From NCBI GenBank assembly GCA_963739305.1, contig CAVTZU010000001.1, positions 11,371-75,370 on the forward strand: a DNA stretch of 64,000 nucleotides, given 5' to 3'. The notes under the pieces were generated by a model. It did no database searches. It saw nothing but the letters and a program-made list of their open reading frames with translations, and was not told where the DNA came from. Below are positions 18,221 to 29,065 of this stretch, one piece after another (positions within the stretch are counted from its first letter, which is position 1; each line of letters begins with the position of its first letter). The DNA comes from Candidatus Bathyarchaeota archaeon (GTDB lineage Archaea > Thermoproteota > Bathyarchaeia > Bathyarchaeales > Bathycorpusculaceae). The translations under genes and the position numbers were made by a program.

Positions 18221-19327
18221 TTGTCAGATGAAACCGTTAGGCGTAAGTCAGACCACATCAAGATCTCTTTGAACCAGGATGTGCAAGCAAGAAACATAAA
18301 GACCGGTTTTGAAGATGTGAGTTTCATCCACAACACTTTGCCCGAGATCGACAGGAACAGAGTAGACCTGTCGACAAGAGTTTTTGGGCACAGGTTCAGC
18401 GCACCTTTGATTGTTGGTGCGATCACGGGAGGAACGGATGAGGCAGAAAAAATCAACGCAGCGATAGCGCAGGCCGTTGAAGAGTTGGGTTTGGGAATGG
18501 GAGTGGGAAGCCAACGGGCAGCATTAGAGAATAGCAAACTTGAGAGATCCTTTGCGGTCGCTAGAAAGAAGGCTCCGACGGCATTTCTTGTTGCCAACAT
18601 CGGTGGAGTACAGCTCGTTCACGGCTACGGGTTGAAAGAAGTGAAGAAAGCTATCGACATGATAGAAGCAGATGCGTTGGCAATCCATCTAAATGCTCTA
18701 CAGGAGATGGCTCAGCCGGAGGGGCAGACAAATTTTCAAGGAATCCTTCGTCGAATCAGGGAGTTAACCCAAGAACTGGATGAACCCGTCATAGTCAAAG
18801 AAACGGGCGCGGGAATAGCGGCTGAGGAAGCAAAGTTGCTCGAAGATGCAGGAGTCAAAGGGATTGATGTGAGCGGTGCAGGAGGGACAAGTTTCGCGGC
18901 CGTCGAATGCTACCGTGCTGGATCAGGAAACACGGATCTGCAACATGGACCAGGCGCTGTTTTTTGGGATTGGGGCATCCCCACCGCCGAAAGCATCGTC
19001 GAGGTCTCCGAAACAGTCAAGATACCCGTGATCGCGTCAGGCGGAATACGAAATGGAGTAGACCTCGCGAAAAGCCTGGCACTTGGAGCAAGCCTAGGAA
19101 GCCTCTCTCAACCGATACTCAAGTCAGCCGTAAGGGGAACGAAGGAGACTGTTGACGCGTTAAAGACTCTTGCAGATGAGTTGAGAAATGTTATGTTTCT
19201 GGTCGGAGCAAGTTCAGTTGAAAAGCTGAGGAAATCGAACGTAGTGATAACTGGCAAAACATCAGAGCGGTTACGCATGCGCGGTTTCGCCATGGAAAAG
19301 TTCGCGCGAAGGCATGGTGTTCGATGA
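18221..19327 (+). CDS. fni: Type 2 isopentenyl-diphosphate isomerase (FMN-dependent)
   Basis: RK.DHI, VGSQRAA, HLN.LQE..QPEG, KETG.G, GGTSFA, DWGIPT; TTG 18221 preferred over 18161. Confidence 0.96.
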   Translation: MSDETVRRKSDHIKISLNQDVQARNIKTGFEDVSFIHNTLPEIDRNRVDLSTRVFGHRFSAPLIVGAITGGTDEAEKINAAIAQAVEELGLGMGVGSQRAALENSKLERSFAVARKKAPTAFLVANIGGVQLVHGYGLKEVKKAIDMIEADALAIHLNALQEMAQPEGQTNFQGILRRIRELTQELDEPVIVKETGAGIAAEEAKLLEDAGVKGIDVSGAGGTSFAAVECYRAGSGNTDLQHGPGAVFWDWGIPTAESIVEVSETVKIPVIASGGIRNGVDLAKSLALGASLGSLSQPILKSAVRGTKETVDALKTLADELRNVMFLVGASSVEKLRKSNVVITGKTSERLRMRGFAMEKFARRHGVR

Positions 19328-20397
19328 TAGATATTGAAACGATTCTTCGAGAGAAGGCTCCAATGATCAACGAGGCTATTGAGAGGTATATCCCTAGGAC
19401 CTTTACAAAGAGTTCAATCCTGTTCAAGACGATTAAACCGAACTACTCATACAATCTTGAAGCTTTGAACAAAACAATCGCGCATCCTATTTGGGAGTTT
19501 CTTGATAGAGGCGGCAAGAGGTGGCGTCCAACACTATTTTTGATCGTTTGTGAAGCTTTGGGCAAAGACCCAGCAGACTATGTTGATTTCGCAATCGTAC
19601 CCGAGGTCATCCACAACGGAACTCTGATGGTTGATGACATAGAGGATGCTTCCGAATATCGAAGGGGAAAACCGTGCACGTACAGAATTTACGGCGAAGA
19701 TATAGCCATAAACGCCGGAAACGCCATGTACTTCCTGCCTCTGCTCCCCATACTTGAAAAGCGAAAAGACCTTGGCGCACAGAAGGTCAGCAGAATCCTC
19801 GAGACATACGTCCAGGAAATGATCAATATAAGCATTGGTCAGGCGATGGATATTGCGTGGCACAGAGGGTTAGCAAACGCAGACAAAATCAGTGAGAATG
19901 ATTATCTACAGATGTGCGCGTACAAGACGGGAACTCTGGCAAGAATGTCCGCGAAGATGGCAAGTGTGTTAGTCGGTGCAGACGACGTGTTAACGGAAAA
20001 GCTTGGGCGTTACGCTGAGAGCATCGGTGTCGGATTTCAGATACAGGATGACGTGTTGGACCTAACGAGTGAGGAATTCGCCGAGAAGAAAGGAGGACGA
20101 GGACAGGACATCACTGAAGGAAAACGGAGCTTACCGGTGATTCACGCTTTGAGGGTCGCCAGCACGAATGACAAAGAAAGACTCGTGGAAATTCTGGGGA
20201 TGCATACCACGAGAAAGAAGCTTAGGGCTGAAGCAATTTCGATCATGCAGAAGTACGGGTCGGCAGAGTACGCCAAGAAGACAGCGAAAAGAATGGTCGA
20301 AAAGTGCTGGAAAGAAGTTGATTCCCTGTTGCCGGCATCAGAAGGAAAGGAAAAACTAAAGACCTTCGCAGTGTTTTTGATTGAGAGAAAAATCTAG
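19324..20397 (+). CDS. idsA: Geranylgeranyl-diphosphate/polyprenyl synthase
   Basis: GGKRWRP, DDIED..RRG (FARM), GQAMD, KTG, FQIQDDVLD (SARM). Confidence 0.95.
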   Translation: MIDIETILREKAPMINEAIERYIPRTFTKSSILFKTIKPNYSYNLEALNKTIAHPIWEFLDRGGKRWRPTLFLIVCEALGKDPADYVDFAIVPEVIHNGTLMVDDIEDASEYRRGKPCTYRIYGEDIAINAGNAMYFLPLLPILEKRKDLGAQKVSRILETYVQEMINISIGQAMDIAWHRGLANADKISENDYLQMCAYKTGTLARMSAKMASVLVGADDVLTEKLGRYAESIGVGFQIQDDVLDLTSEEFAEKKGGRGQDITEGKRSLPVIHALRVASTNDKERLVEILGMHTTRKKLRAEAISIMQKYGSAEYAKKTAKRMVEKCWKEVDSLLPASEGKEKLKTFAVFLIERKI

Positions 20398-20409
20398 AGC
20401 GTAGAACCG

Positions 20410-22161
20410 TTGAAACTCAAGGATGACGTGGAGCTTAGGGAGCTTATTCGCAAGTCTGCCTTGCTTAATGCTGTTAAACACGAAGGCAGAGCTCAAGCGG
20501 GCCCAGTTGTTGGGAAAATACTGGGCGAAAAACCAGAGTACCGAAGCAATGTAAAAGAACTGTCCACGGTCATAAATGAAATCGTTAATGAAATCAACAA
20601 GCTTTCGGTCGATGAACAAAAACGCATCGTGGAGAAGAATTGGCCCGAGGCTTTAGTGAAGGAAAAAGTTGAAGAAAAACGGCTTCCTCCACTGTCGAAT
20701 GCTGAAAAATATCAGCGTGTGGTCACGCGCTACGCGCCAAACCCCGACTGCGTACTGCACTTGGGTTCAGCGAGAGCAATAGTGCTGTGCTATGAATACG
20801 CAAAGATGTATAATGGTTCTTTCATACTCCGCTTTGAAGACACTGACCCGAAGCTGAAACGACCTGCTCTGGAATTCTACGACTTGATCAGGGAAGATTT
20901 GGCTTGGCTTGAGTGCAAGCCGGATCAAGAATACATCCAGAGCGACAGGATTTCGATATACTATGAGCACGCTGAAAGGCTACTTAGAGATGGAAATGCA
21001 TACGTGTGCACTTGCAAACCTGAGGTTTTTCGGCAGAGAATCCTTGCCCAGCAGCCCTGTGACTGTCGAGATCTCCCAGTGAAAGAAAATCTCCATCGAT
21101 GGAAACTGATGCTTAACGGCGGATACAAAGAAGGGGAAGCCGTTGTAAGGGTCAAAACCGACCTTGATCATCCTAACCCTGCGGTTCGTGATTGGCCTGC
21201 ACTTAGAATCCTTGATACGCAGAAGTTTCCTCACCCCAGAGTCGGGAGTAAATATAGAGTTTGGCCGCTGTACAATCTTGCTTCCGGTGTGGATGATCAT
21301 CTTATGGATGTGACCCATATTATTCGTGGCAAGGAACACCTCACTAACGAGGTTCGCCAGACATACATGTACAAGCATTTTGGCTGGAAGTACCCCGAAG
21401 CCATCCATTACGGAAGACTGAAGATAACAGGAGCCACCCTGAGCAAATCGAAAATCGTTCAAGGAATGAGAGAGGGAATTTACAAGAGCTGGGATGACCC
21501 TCGTTTGGCGACTTTTGCAGCTTTGCGCAGACGTGGAATAATGCCAGATGCAGTCAAGAAGATGATAATTGACGTGGGTCCCAAGACATCTGACGTGATT
21601 TTGAGTTGGGAGAACCTTTACGCTTACAACCGTAAGATTCTGGACCAAAAAGTGAACAGGTATTTCTTCGTGCAGAATCCAATTGAGCTCACAGTGAAGA
21701 ATGTCCCCAAGACATTTGCAGTGAAGCTAGATCTGCATCCTGACCAGCCAGAAAGGGGGTTCAGAGAGTACATCGTAAAACCGCAAGGAAAAGATCAATC
21801 CGTCATCCTGTGGGTGTCCAGCAAAGACGTGGACTCTTCAAAAGTGGGGAACATGCTTCGGCTTATGGAGCTTTTCAACGTGAAGATCGAGAAGGCTAAC
21901 ATATATTCTGCTGAGGGAACCTTCGTTAGCGAAGCCTACGAGGATGCAAGGAATGCAAAGGCGCAACTAATCCACTGGGTTCCGGTTGGAAATGACGTGG
22001 CGGGTCGAGTGGTCATGCCTGACGCATCTGTGACTGAAGGAGTGGCCGAGAGCGCCTGCAAACAATTGAAGCCAGGCGAGATCGTTCAGTTCGAAAGGTT
22101 TGGGTTTGTGCGGATAGACCAAATTAATAAGGAATTGACAGCTTACTTTGCCCAAAAATGA
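20410..22161 (+). CDS. gltX: Glutamyl-tRNA synthetase (archaeal type)
   Basis: RYAPNP, HLGS (HIGH-like), RFEDTDP, LSKS (KMSKS-like), QFERFGF. Confidence 0.96.
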   Translation: MKLKDDVELRELIRKSALLNAVKHEGRAQAGPVVGKILGEKPEYRSNVKELSTVINEIVNEINKLSVDEQKRIVEKNWPEALVKEKVEEKRLPPLSNAEKYQRVVTRYAPNPDCVLHLGSARAIVLCYEYAKMYNGSFILRFEDTDPKLKRPALEFYDLIREDLAWLECKPDQEYIQSDRISIYYEHAERLLRDGNAYVCTCKPEVFRQRILAQQPCDCRDLPVKENLHRWKLMLNGGYKEGEAVVRVKTDLDHPNPAVRDWPALRILDTQKFPHPRVGSKYRVWPLYNLASGVDDHLMDVTHIIRGKEHLTNEVRQTYMYKHFGWKYPEAIHYGRLKITGATLSKSKIVQGMREGIYKSWDDPRLATFAALRRRGIMPDAVKKMIIDVGPKTSDVILSWENLYAYNRKILDQKVNRYFFVQNPIELTVKNVPKTFAVKLDLHPDQPERGFREYIVKPQGKDQSVILWVSSKDVDSSKVGNMLRLMELFNVKIEKANIYSAEGTFVSEAYEDARNAKAQLIHWVPVGNDVAGRVVMPDASVTEGVAESACKQLKPGEIVQFERFGFVRIDQINKELTAYFAQK

Positions 22162-22484
22162 TGTGTGAGGAAGAGCAAATGAGAAAGCAGGAAAGGATAA
22201 TCGTGTGGCCCGTGTACCTTGATTCGTCAAAAAGCAGGTGCGATGGCAGGCGAGTTCCCAAGAACATTGCGGTTTCCGTCCCAAGAGTCGCCGAACTGAA
22301 AGACGCTGCTGAAAAGGCAGGCTTGAAGTGCGAATTGGTCCCTGACGTGGGATACCCAAAGACTCCATGGCTAAAAATGGGCATGGTGTTGGTTGAGAAG
22401 AAGGAAAGTAAGAATCAGACCATTATGACGATTGCAAAACAGCTTGCGAAGACACGGTCAACCGTGAAGGAACAAGTAAACTAA
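22158..22484 (+). CDS. srp19: Signal recognition particle protein SRP19
   Basis: IVWPVYLD..KSR..GRRVPK..AV..P, YPK.PW. Confidence 0.95.
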   Translation: MMCEEEQMRKQERIIVWPVYLDSSKSRCDGRRVPKNIAVSVPRVAELKDAAEKAGLKCELVPDVGYPKTPWLKMGMVLVEKKESKNQTIMTIAKQLAKTRSTVKEQVN

Positions 22485-22876
22485 CTTTTTTCCGAGCTTA
22501 TCAGAATGCCGTTCAGTATTCCGTGCTGTCCAGGACGCGAAGTAACTCTCGCCTGACCAAGTGGAGTTTCCACGATTGCACCCTTGGTGATGACGCCTCT
22601 GCGGTTGTAATCGATGTTTGCGGGGTTTTTGATCACTCGGACAACGCCGGTTTTTTCGGTTTTTCCTGTTTTGGTGTCGGTAACACAGATCTGTTTCTCA
22701 CTCAGCGCTTTCATCTTGATGGTTCCGCCTCTGCCTCTGACGAACTTCCTCTTTTGTTCGCCCATCTTGGTCTCGACTGGAAAAGTTCCTTGCTCGAATT
22801 TTCTCTTCTTCCTGTGAGCGATGCGTCGTCCACCGGACTGTTCCCGCTTCGCCATGTCGCCGTGCCAAGATGACAT
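22481..22876 (-). CDS. rps8e: 30S ribosomal protein eS8
   Basis: RKKRKFE.G, NPAN.DY.RR.VITKGA, VTSRPGQHG. Confidence 0.97.
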   Translation of the reverse strand: MSSWHGDMAKREQSGGRRIAHRKKRKFEQGTFPVETKMGEQKRKFVRGRGGTIKMKALSEKQICVTDTKTGKTEKTGVVRVIKNPANIDYNRRGVITKGAIVETPLGQARVTSRPGQHGILNGILISSEKS

Positions 22877-22948
22877 TCTTTGTTTCTCCGTTAAATTTGG
22901 ATTTTGGTGGTGACTATCAACGTTCTTTCAAATATAAGTGTATCCGTT

Positions 22949-23551
22949 TTAGACTTGCGGGTTTTCTTGTTTTGTTGGTTCTTCGAAAACATGTTTCAAC
23001 TCTTTCTTCATTGAGGCGGTATCTAGGCTCAAGCCGAAGTAGTCCGCGAAGTACTCGGTCGTTCTGAGAACCATCGATCGGCCACTTCTTTCGCTTCCAA
23101 CAAGTCCCATGTCCTTCAAAGTCTTTATGTGGCCGTAGGCGTGACGACCTCGAACGTCGATTACCCTCTTCTGCGACACTGGTTGTCTGTACGCGATGTA
23201 GGAGAGAGTTTTCAATGGACCTATTGAAAGAAGGGGTCTGTTCACAAATTTCTTGACGTGAGGTGTGAAGTCGGCTTTCAGCTGCAGAACGAATCTTTCG
23301 TCTTTCAATTCTAGGACTTCGAGCGCAGTATTCCTTGTTTTGTATTCTTCAATCAGCCTGTCAACGGTTCTTCTGGCTCTCTTCTTTGAACGCGTTTTCA
23401 GAACCGAGCACAAATCGTTCAGATCCAGCGGTCTCCCTGCAACGTACAGTGCAGCCTCTGTCAAACAAGCGTCAGCGCGTGTCCCTTCTAGAAGCTGATC
23501 TTGTTTTTCTTCTGAATCTAGGCTAGACGTCTGATTCTCCATTTGCTCCAA
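22949..23551 (-). CDS. scpB: Segregation and condensation protein B
   Basis: EAALY, LKTLSYIAYRQPV, IDVRG, TT..F.DYFGL. Confidence 0.94.
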   Translation of the reverse strand: MEQMENQTSSLDSEEKQDQLLEGTRADACLTEAALYVAGRPLDLNDLCSVLKTRSKKRARRTVDRLIEEYKTRNTALEVLELKDERFVLQLKADFTPHVKKFVNRPLLSIGPLKTLSYIAYRQPVSQKRVIDVRGRHAYGHIKTLKDMGLVGSERSGRSMVLRTTEYFADYFGLSLDTASMKKELKHVFEEPTKQENPQV

Positions 23552-24224
23552 GCTTCAAATCCCCTATAGCAATGTAAACTTCTTCAGTTTCCTCGTTCTG
23601 CCACAGGCCTATCTTGCCTTCTTGAGCAAGGAATAGCAAAAGAAGGAACGTTCGAATGGCTTCAAGGCGACCGACTCCTTTGATAAGAGTTGAGAACTCG
23701 ACAATGCCAGCTCCTTTGACCTTGTCGGACAGCAATGAGAGGAGTTTCTCCATCTGAACCTCGATTTCCATCAGAAAAAGGTCGAGTTCAGGAAATATTT
23801 CTGAACGCGTTGGAAGAACCGATTCCACAACAAGGGGTTGCGCCCTGATGAATTGCTCTCCCTTCAAGACGTCGTCGAGCACATCCAGGAGATTCCTGAT
23901 CGTAGTGGAGGTCAGTTCGTGTCTCAACGGCAGAAACATTGGTGGAGGCAGATAGTCCATAGGAGGTTTCGGCGGCGGAGGCGGTTCCTCAAGTTTAAGA
24001 AGCAGCTTCGACTTCATCAGATATATCAGGGCCGAGGAATCCAGCGCAACGCCAGATGCCCGAAAATCTACCTGTCCCGTCTTGTCCATGTTTTCAAGGA
24101 AGGATCTCAACAAGAACGCTATGTTAATGTTCCAAGGCACGAGTTTTTCAAGCTTGTTAAATTCGAAAAGTATGTTCCATGGAGGAAAAAGATAGAACGG
24201 CTTCTTCGTGTTCATTGACGACAT
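23523..24224 (-). CDS. scpA: Segregation and condensation protein A (kleisin)
   Basis: PWNINI, DFRASG.AL.SSA....KS..LL, TFLLLLFLAQEG; lies between smc and scpB. Confidence 0.9.
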   Translation of the reverse strand: MSSMNTKKPFYLFPPWNILFEFNKLEKLVPWNINIAFLLRSFLENMDKTGQVDFRASGVALDSSALIYLMKSKLLLKLEEPPPPPKPPMDYLPPPMFLPLRHELTSTTIRNLLDVLDDVLKGEQFIRAQPLVVESVLPTRSEIFPELDLFLMEIEVQMEKLLSLLSDKVKGAGIVEFSTLIKGVGRLEAIRTFLLLLFLAQEGKIGLWQNEETEEVYIAIGDLKLGANGESDV

Positions 24225-27200
24225 CAGCCCGACGCCTCTAACAGTTTCGCTGAAATAATGTTCGACACTCCGTCTCGCATGTAGGCGCCATAGACTTTTT
24301 GGGCCTTATTCACCATTTCTGGCTTCAGCGTGATGGCTATGAACTGTGTCTTATCAGATTCTTCCACCAGAAGGTCCGCTAGTTTTGAAACGTGGAAGGC
24401 ATCCAAGTGAGCATCGATCTCGTCCAGAATGTAGAAGGATGCGGGCGTGAACTCTCTCAGCGCAAAGAGGAATGCCACGGCTGACACTGAGCGTTCTCCG
24501 CCGCTCGCCCCACTGACGACGATTGACGGCTTGTTCGGAAACTGCACGATCATGTCTATGCCTCCCGAGAAGGGGTCATCGATTTTCTCAATCGTCAAAG
24601 TGGCGACGCCACCGCCCGTAACTTTCGAGAAGTATATTTTCAGTTTCTCGTTGATTTTCTCGAAGGCTTCTATGAAGACCTTGCGTTTCTTATGGTCGAT
24701 TTCGTCCATAAATATGAGGATTGCCTGTTTTTCTTTCTCGAGCTCGTTCATTCTCATGGATAATTCTCGGTACCGCGAGATCTGGTCTGCATAATGAGAG
24801 AGTGCAAGCTGGTTGACGCCGCCTATTCGCTCGAGTTCGAGCTGCATCATCTTCATTGACGTTTCCGCTTCCTCAACCTGTTTGGGAGTCACAACCAACG
24901 GTTGCTCGTAGCCCGAGAGTCTCAGTTGGCTCTTGTACTGTTCGAGTTGAAGCGCTGAGGTTTGACTGCCCAGTTGAAGCTGGTTGTTCAAACGATCTAC
25001 TTGTTCATATTCAGCATCAAGCTTCCGCAGTTCCTTGTCAATGTCATCTATTTGACCAGTGAACTTCTTCGCTCCTTCTCTTGCCGAGAAAACCGACTGC
25101 GAAAGTTCAATACGGCTCTTCTCAAGTTGTTGAAGTTCCTGTTTCAAGGCCTCCCTTTCCCGAAGGGCTTCTTCAACCTCCTTCTCCACCCTTCGAAGTT
25201 GCGTCTCGACTTTTGAAGTTTGAATCTTTGAGTTTTGATATCCGACTCTCAAAACATTGTCGAACAGTGACTGAAGGGTCGATATTTCAGTCTGACTTGT
25301 TCCAAGCTTCTGTCTCAGAGTGATCACTTCCTCTGAGAGCCTCTCTCGCTTGACCTCCATCTCTTGTATGTGACCCGGATCTGTCTTCCTTCTCAGGGTC
25401 ACGAGTTCGTTCTGAAGCTTTCGCATTTCTTTGGCGATTGAGCTTCTTTCGGCCCTGTGAACCCATATTTGTGATTTTTCGACCTCAACTTCCTTGGTCA
25501 TTTTTCCGATGTAGTGGTCCACACGTTTTACGTTGGCTCTTGTTCTCCTGACGCTCCTTCTCACTCTAACTATTTCTCTGTCCAAAGTAATGATGGCGTC
25601 AGACAAGCGTGCAATTTCGACGCGAGTCCTCTCGATTTCTTCTATGAAACCGTTTATGTCGTCGCCTCTTCTCGAGAGGTGCTGCTGCAGCGCGCTGACC
25701 GCTTCATCCAGGCTCTTGATGGCGGTGTCGCTGGGTATTATCGTGGAAAAATCTATCGGAGCACGGTAGTATCCTGACTCGAAGGCGCCTCCGACCTCGT
25801 ACAGGTCTCCATCAACCGTCACCGTGCGAAAACCTTCACCAGCCATGTTGAAGGCGGTTTTATCGTCGGTGACGACGAGCGTGTCCCCGAAAACGAACCG
25901 GACCGCAGGTTCATAGCTTTTTTCAGATTTTATGAAACCTTCAGCTGATCCTTGAACGCCTTCTTTCTGAGGAATCTTCAACGGTTTAGCTGTTGCAGCG
26001 CCTTCAAGAGGAATTATCTTGATCCTTCCAAGCTTCATTTTTCGCAGAGTTTCTGTGCAAGTGAACGCTGCCTCGAAGTTTTTCACGACGACGGCGTCGA
26101 GCCAGCCTACGGCGGCGGCTTCTATCGCGTTTTGGTAGCTCTTGTCTATCTTTGCCAAGCTGCGAAGTCGGCCATAGACCCCTGGGATTACGCCTAGATC
26201 GCCAAGTTCCTCTATGCTTCGCAGGGCTTTTTCTTCGGAAGCCACCGTTTCGGCGAGTTCCCTTTGGGTGGCAAATTCTACTACCGCTTCGTGGGCTGAA
26301 TCTGCTATCTTGCCGGCTTCAGCTATTTCTTTCCCGGCCGCTTCTCTTTGTGCGATTCTTCTTTCCAAGGTTCTTTCAAGGTTCTTCTGCTGAGCCCTTT
26401 GTTCTTTCTGGACTTTTTCTAACTCTTGATAGGATCTGTCAAGCTCCGTGAACGTAGCGGCAAATCTTTCTTTCCGCTCGTTCAGGTCCCTGAGTCTTCT
26501 TGTTCGCACGTTTATGGCCGTCTGGTTTTTCAGGTATTCTGATCTTAAGAATGCCAGTCGCTTGTTGTCGCTGTCGAGTTTGAGCTCTATTTCCCGTATT
26601 CTCTTGCTGTTTTCTCCGAGGTTTTCCCAGAGTAACGCTGCTCCTTGGGCAAGGGTGTCATGCTCGGTCTGTTTCTCGTTTATCTGATTGAGGATCTTGT
26701 CGTGCTCGGTTCTAAGGTGCCTGATTTTCAGGCGGTTTTCGCGGATTTCTTTCTGGATGGCTTGGTGTTGCTGTTGATCGTTTTCTCGGATTCTGGTTAG
26801 TCCTTCAACGCTTGTCTTGTTGGAGCTGATTTTTGTTGCTAGCTCCGTAAGCTTCGATTTCAATTCGCCGATTTTGATTTGTACTCTCAGTACCTGTGAA
26901 CCGCCTTCTTCGACGATTTCTGAGCTGAGTTTTCTCCATTCGCCTTCAACTTCTCTTCTTTTGGATCTGTAATCGTCCCTGATATGTCGCAGTTTGTCGA
27001 CTCTAGCTTTGACTTTTTCTGCTTCGGACGAGACTTCTTCGACTTTCTTCTGTATTCGTTGCATTTCGCTTGAGATCTTGATGGCTTCGAGCTGTTTGAG
27101 TTCGACATGGATAAAGTTGACTTTAAGAAGTTCGTTGCGTTCTCTTTCGAGGTCGTCAAGTCGCTTCTGCACTTCATCGATTCTGCCCATGGCCGTGCGG

Positions 27201-27775
27201 ATTGAAATGTCTGCGGTTCTCAGCTTTTCTTCAGCCTCGGCTTTTTCAGCGTCGTATTGACCTATTCCTATGAGGTCTTCGATGATTTTTCTACGTTCCA
27301 TGGGAGAAATGTCGGTCAGGCGGGTTATAGTGCCTTGCAGGATTATGTTTTGGCTCGTTGAGCTTATTCCGGCCATTGAAAGGATTTCCATTATGTGAGT
27401 TCTTGAGATTCTTCTTCCGTTAAGTCTGTAGACGCTTTGCCCGTTTCTGTAGACTTCTCGAGAAATCGTCACGGTAGTTGTGTCGACGGGCATGCGTCCG
27501 TCTGTGTTGTCGAATTGAATGACGACTTTGGCCATCTTTACTTTTTCGAAGCCCACCTTGTCTGTTCCGTGGAAAATTAGCTTTGCAGCCGTTTCTGCAC
27601 GGAGTCTTCTTGTGCTCAGTTCGCCCAACGCAAAAAGCAGTGCGTCTAGCACGTTTGTCTTTCCGCTTCCGTTCGGCCCGGTGACCGCAGTGAAACCCTT
27701 GTCTAGAACTATTTTCACGACTTGTGGTCCGAACGACTTGAAACCTTTAAGTTCGATTTTCTTGATGTACGGCAT
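24224..27775 (-). CDS. smc: Chromosome segregation protein SMC
   Basis: GFKSF, Walker A GPNGSGKTN, hinge GVYGRL, signature SGGERS, Walker B ILDEIDAHLD; start taken at MPYIKK (27775). Confidence 0.97.
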   Translation of the reverse strand: MPYIKKIELKGFKSFGPQVVKIVLDKGFTAVTGPNGSGKTNVLDALLFALGELSTRRLRAETAAKLIFHGTDKVGFEKVKMAKVVIQFDNTDGRMPVDTTTVTISREVYRNGQSVYRLNGRRISRTHIMEILSMAGISSTSQNIILQGTITRLTDISPMERRKIIEDLIGIGQYDAEKAEAEEKLRTADISIRTAMGRIDEVQKRLDDLERERNELLKVNFIHVELKQLEAIKISSEMQRIQKKVEEVSSEAEKVKARVDKLRHIRDDYRSKRREVEGEWRKLSSEIVEEGGSQVLRVQIKIGELKSKLTELATKISSNKTSVEGLTRIRENDQQQHQAIQKEIRENRLKIRHLRTEHDKILNQINEKQTEHDTLAQGAALLWENLGENSKRIREIELKLDSDNKRLAFLRSEYLKNQTAINVRTRRLRDLNERKERFAATFTELDRSYQELEKVQKEQRAQQKNLERTLERRIAQREAAGKEIAEAGKIADSAHEAVVEFATQRELAETVASEEKALRSIEELGDLGVIPGVYGRLRSLAKIDKSYQNAIEAAAVGWLDAVVVKNFEAAFTCTETLRKMKLGRIKIIPLEGAATAKPLKIPQKEGVQGSAEGFIKSEKSYEPAVRFVFGDTLVVTDDKTAFNMAGEGFRTVTVDGDLYEVGGAFESGYYRAPIDFSTIIPSDTAIKSLDEAVSALQQHLSRRGDDINGFIEEIERTRVEIARLSDAIITLDREIVRVRRSVRRTRANVKRVDHYIGKMTKEVEVEKSQIWVHRAERSSIAKEMRKLQNELVTLRRKTDPGHIQEMEVKRERLSEEVITLRQKLGTSQTEISTLQSLFDNVLRVGYQNSKIQTSKVETQLRRVEKEVEEALREREALKQELQQLEKSRIELSQSVFSAREGAKKFTGQIDDIDKELRKLDAEYEQVDRLNNQLQLGSQTSALQLEQYKSQLRLSGYEQPLVVTPKQVEEAETSMKMMQLELERIGGVNQLALSHYADQISRYRELSMRMNELEKEKQAILIFMDEIDHKKRKVFIEAFEKINEKLKIYFSKVTGGGVATLTIEKIDDPFSGGIDMIVQFPNKPSIVVSGASGGERSVSAVAFLFALREFTPASFYILDEIDAHLDAFHVSKLADLLVEESDKTQFIAITLKPEMVNKAQKVYGAYMRDGVSNIISAKLLEASG

Positions 27776-27869
27776 CCAGTTTAAGTCCTCATGCTCCCTG
27801 ACATGGACATCTGTTTCGTGTAAACAGTCTTGTGGACTTTCTATAAAAAGCATTTACTGTTCTGAAGCT

Positions 27870-28433
27870 TTAACCGTTATGTACTTTTTTGCGGTATTTC
27901 TCGCCTTGCCCCTCGTATTTTGAAGCCAGGTTTTTAACAAAATCTTTGATTGCTCGGTCGTCTCCCCAAACGAGGAGCGAACCGTCCTCACGAATTTCCT
28001 TGGACAATTTCATTTTGACCGCGATCGCCTCTAGACTCTCAATGGATATTCCTGTCGTGGGAGTGACGCGAATCCACTTTTGCTGCCTTGGCATCCCTGG
28101 GACAAACCTCAACACCCTTTGCTCGCCGTCGGTTTTTTCCCTAGTGGCATTATCTAGCCGTTTGAGCCATTCATCAATATATCTTTGCCCGAGCTTTTTC
28201 TGACCTTCAGTAACCAGATAAGATTCGACATTCATCAGGTACTGATCGACTTTTCTAAGACCTTCCTCACCTTGAGTGTCAACGCCTAAAATCCTTATTG
28301 TGGTCTTTGCGCTCTTCAGGTCGCTCATGACTTGCGGCGGAATCGCCATTCCCTTGCCTCGAAATTCTGCGACCATTTCGTCTAGAACTCTCCATACTGA
28401 AACGTAACCCAAGTTGGATTCGCCGCTGGTCAT
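27870..28433 (-). CDS. DUF2096-like protein
   Basis: W.VL.E...E....G..IP..V..DL..AK, VES.L, RFVPGMPR..KWIR. Confidence 0.7.
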   Translation of the reverse strand: MTSGESNLGYVSVWRVLDEMVAEFRGKGMAIPPQVMSDLKSAKTTIRILGVDTQGEEGLRKVDQYLMNVESYLVTEGQKKLGQRYIDEWLKRLDNATREKTDGEQRVLRFVPGMPRQQKWIRVTPTTGISIESLEAIAVKMKLSKEIREDGSLLVWGDDRAIKDFVKNLASKYEGQGEKYRKKVHNG

Positions 28434-28525
28434 GTCTTACTGAAATCACAGTATATAGTGATTATTGTCAAGGGAAAGAAAAACGCAAAGTTTGTTAGGA
28501 TTTGCCCTAAGAAAAGCTTGGAAGT

Positions 28526-29065
28526 TCAACGGTTGCCGAATTTCTCTTGGTAGACTAGTTGCCGAAGCGGTTTTCGGTCTTTTTTTGGAAGTTCGCCCTT
28601 CATTTTGCCGATGGGAATGATTGCGATGACTCTCACGTCCCTTGGAACTTCCAGAATCTTTCGTACTGCCGCTTCAGAGGATTTTTTGTCATCCTTACGG
28701 TCAAATACACCGATCCACGAAGAGTTCAGTCCCACGCTGTAGGCTGCCAACGACATGTTTTGTGCAGCTGTTGCGCCGTCTTCTACGTAGTGATACGGAT
28801 CTTCCATTGCGTTGACGGCTACCACGATGCACAGTGGAGCTTCCTTCAGTCCTTGGACGAAAGTTGTTGGGACAACCTCGCTCAGCATGTTCTTTGTCTT
28901 CGTGTCCTTTATGACTATGAAGTTCCATGGCTGCTTGTTAATCCAGGATGGAGCCCATCTTCCTGACTCAAGAATTGCTTCCAGTTTGTCGTCTTCTACG
29001 GGGGTGCTTTCGAACCTCAAGACGCTACGTCTATTCATGATTGTTTCTAAGACTTCATTTGTCAT
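28526..29065 (-). CDS. Nitroreductase-family flavoprotein
   Basis: RRSV.RF, APSW.N.QPW.F, AAQNM.LAA..GL.S.WIG. Confidence 0.93.
   Translation of the reverse strand: MTNEVLETIMNRRSVLRFESTPVEDDKLEAILESGRWAPSWINKQPWNFIVIKDTKTKNMLSEVVPTTFVQGLKEAPLCIVVAVNAMEDPYHYVEDGATAAQNMSLAAYSVGLNSSWIGVFDRKDDKKSSEAAVRKILEVPRDVRVIAIIPIGKMKGELPKKDRKPLRQLVYQEKFGNR

Noticed and set aside
27776-27853. N-terminal extensions in the ORF track for smc (also fni 18161 and aminopeptidase 32868)
   Set aside because: Longest-ORF artefacts; conserved N-termini begin at downstream starts
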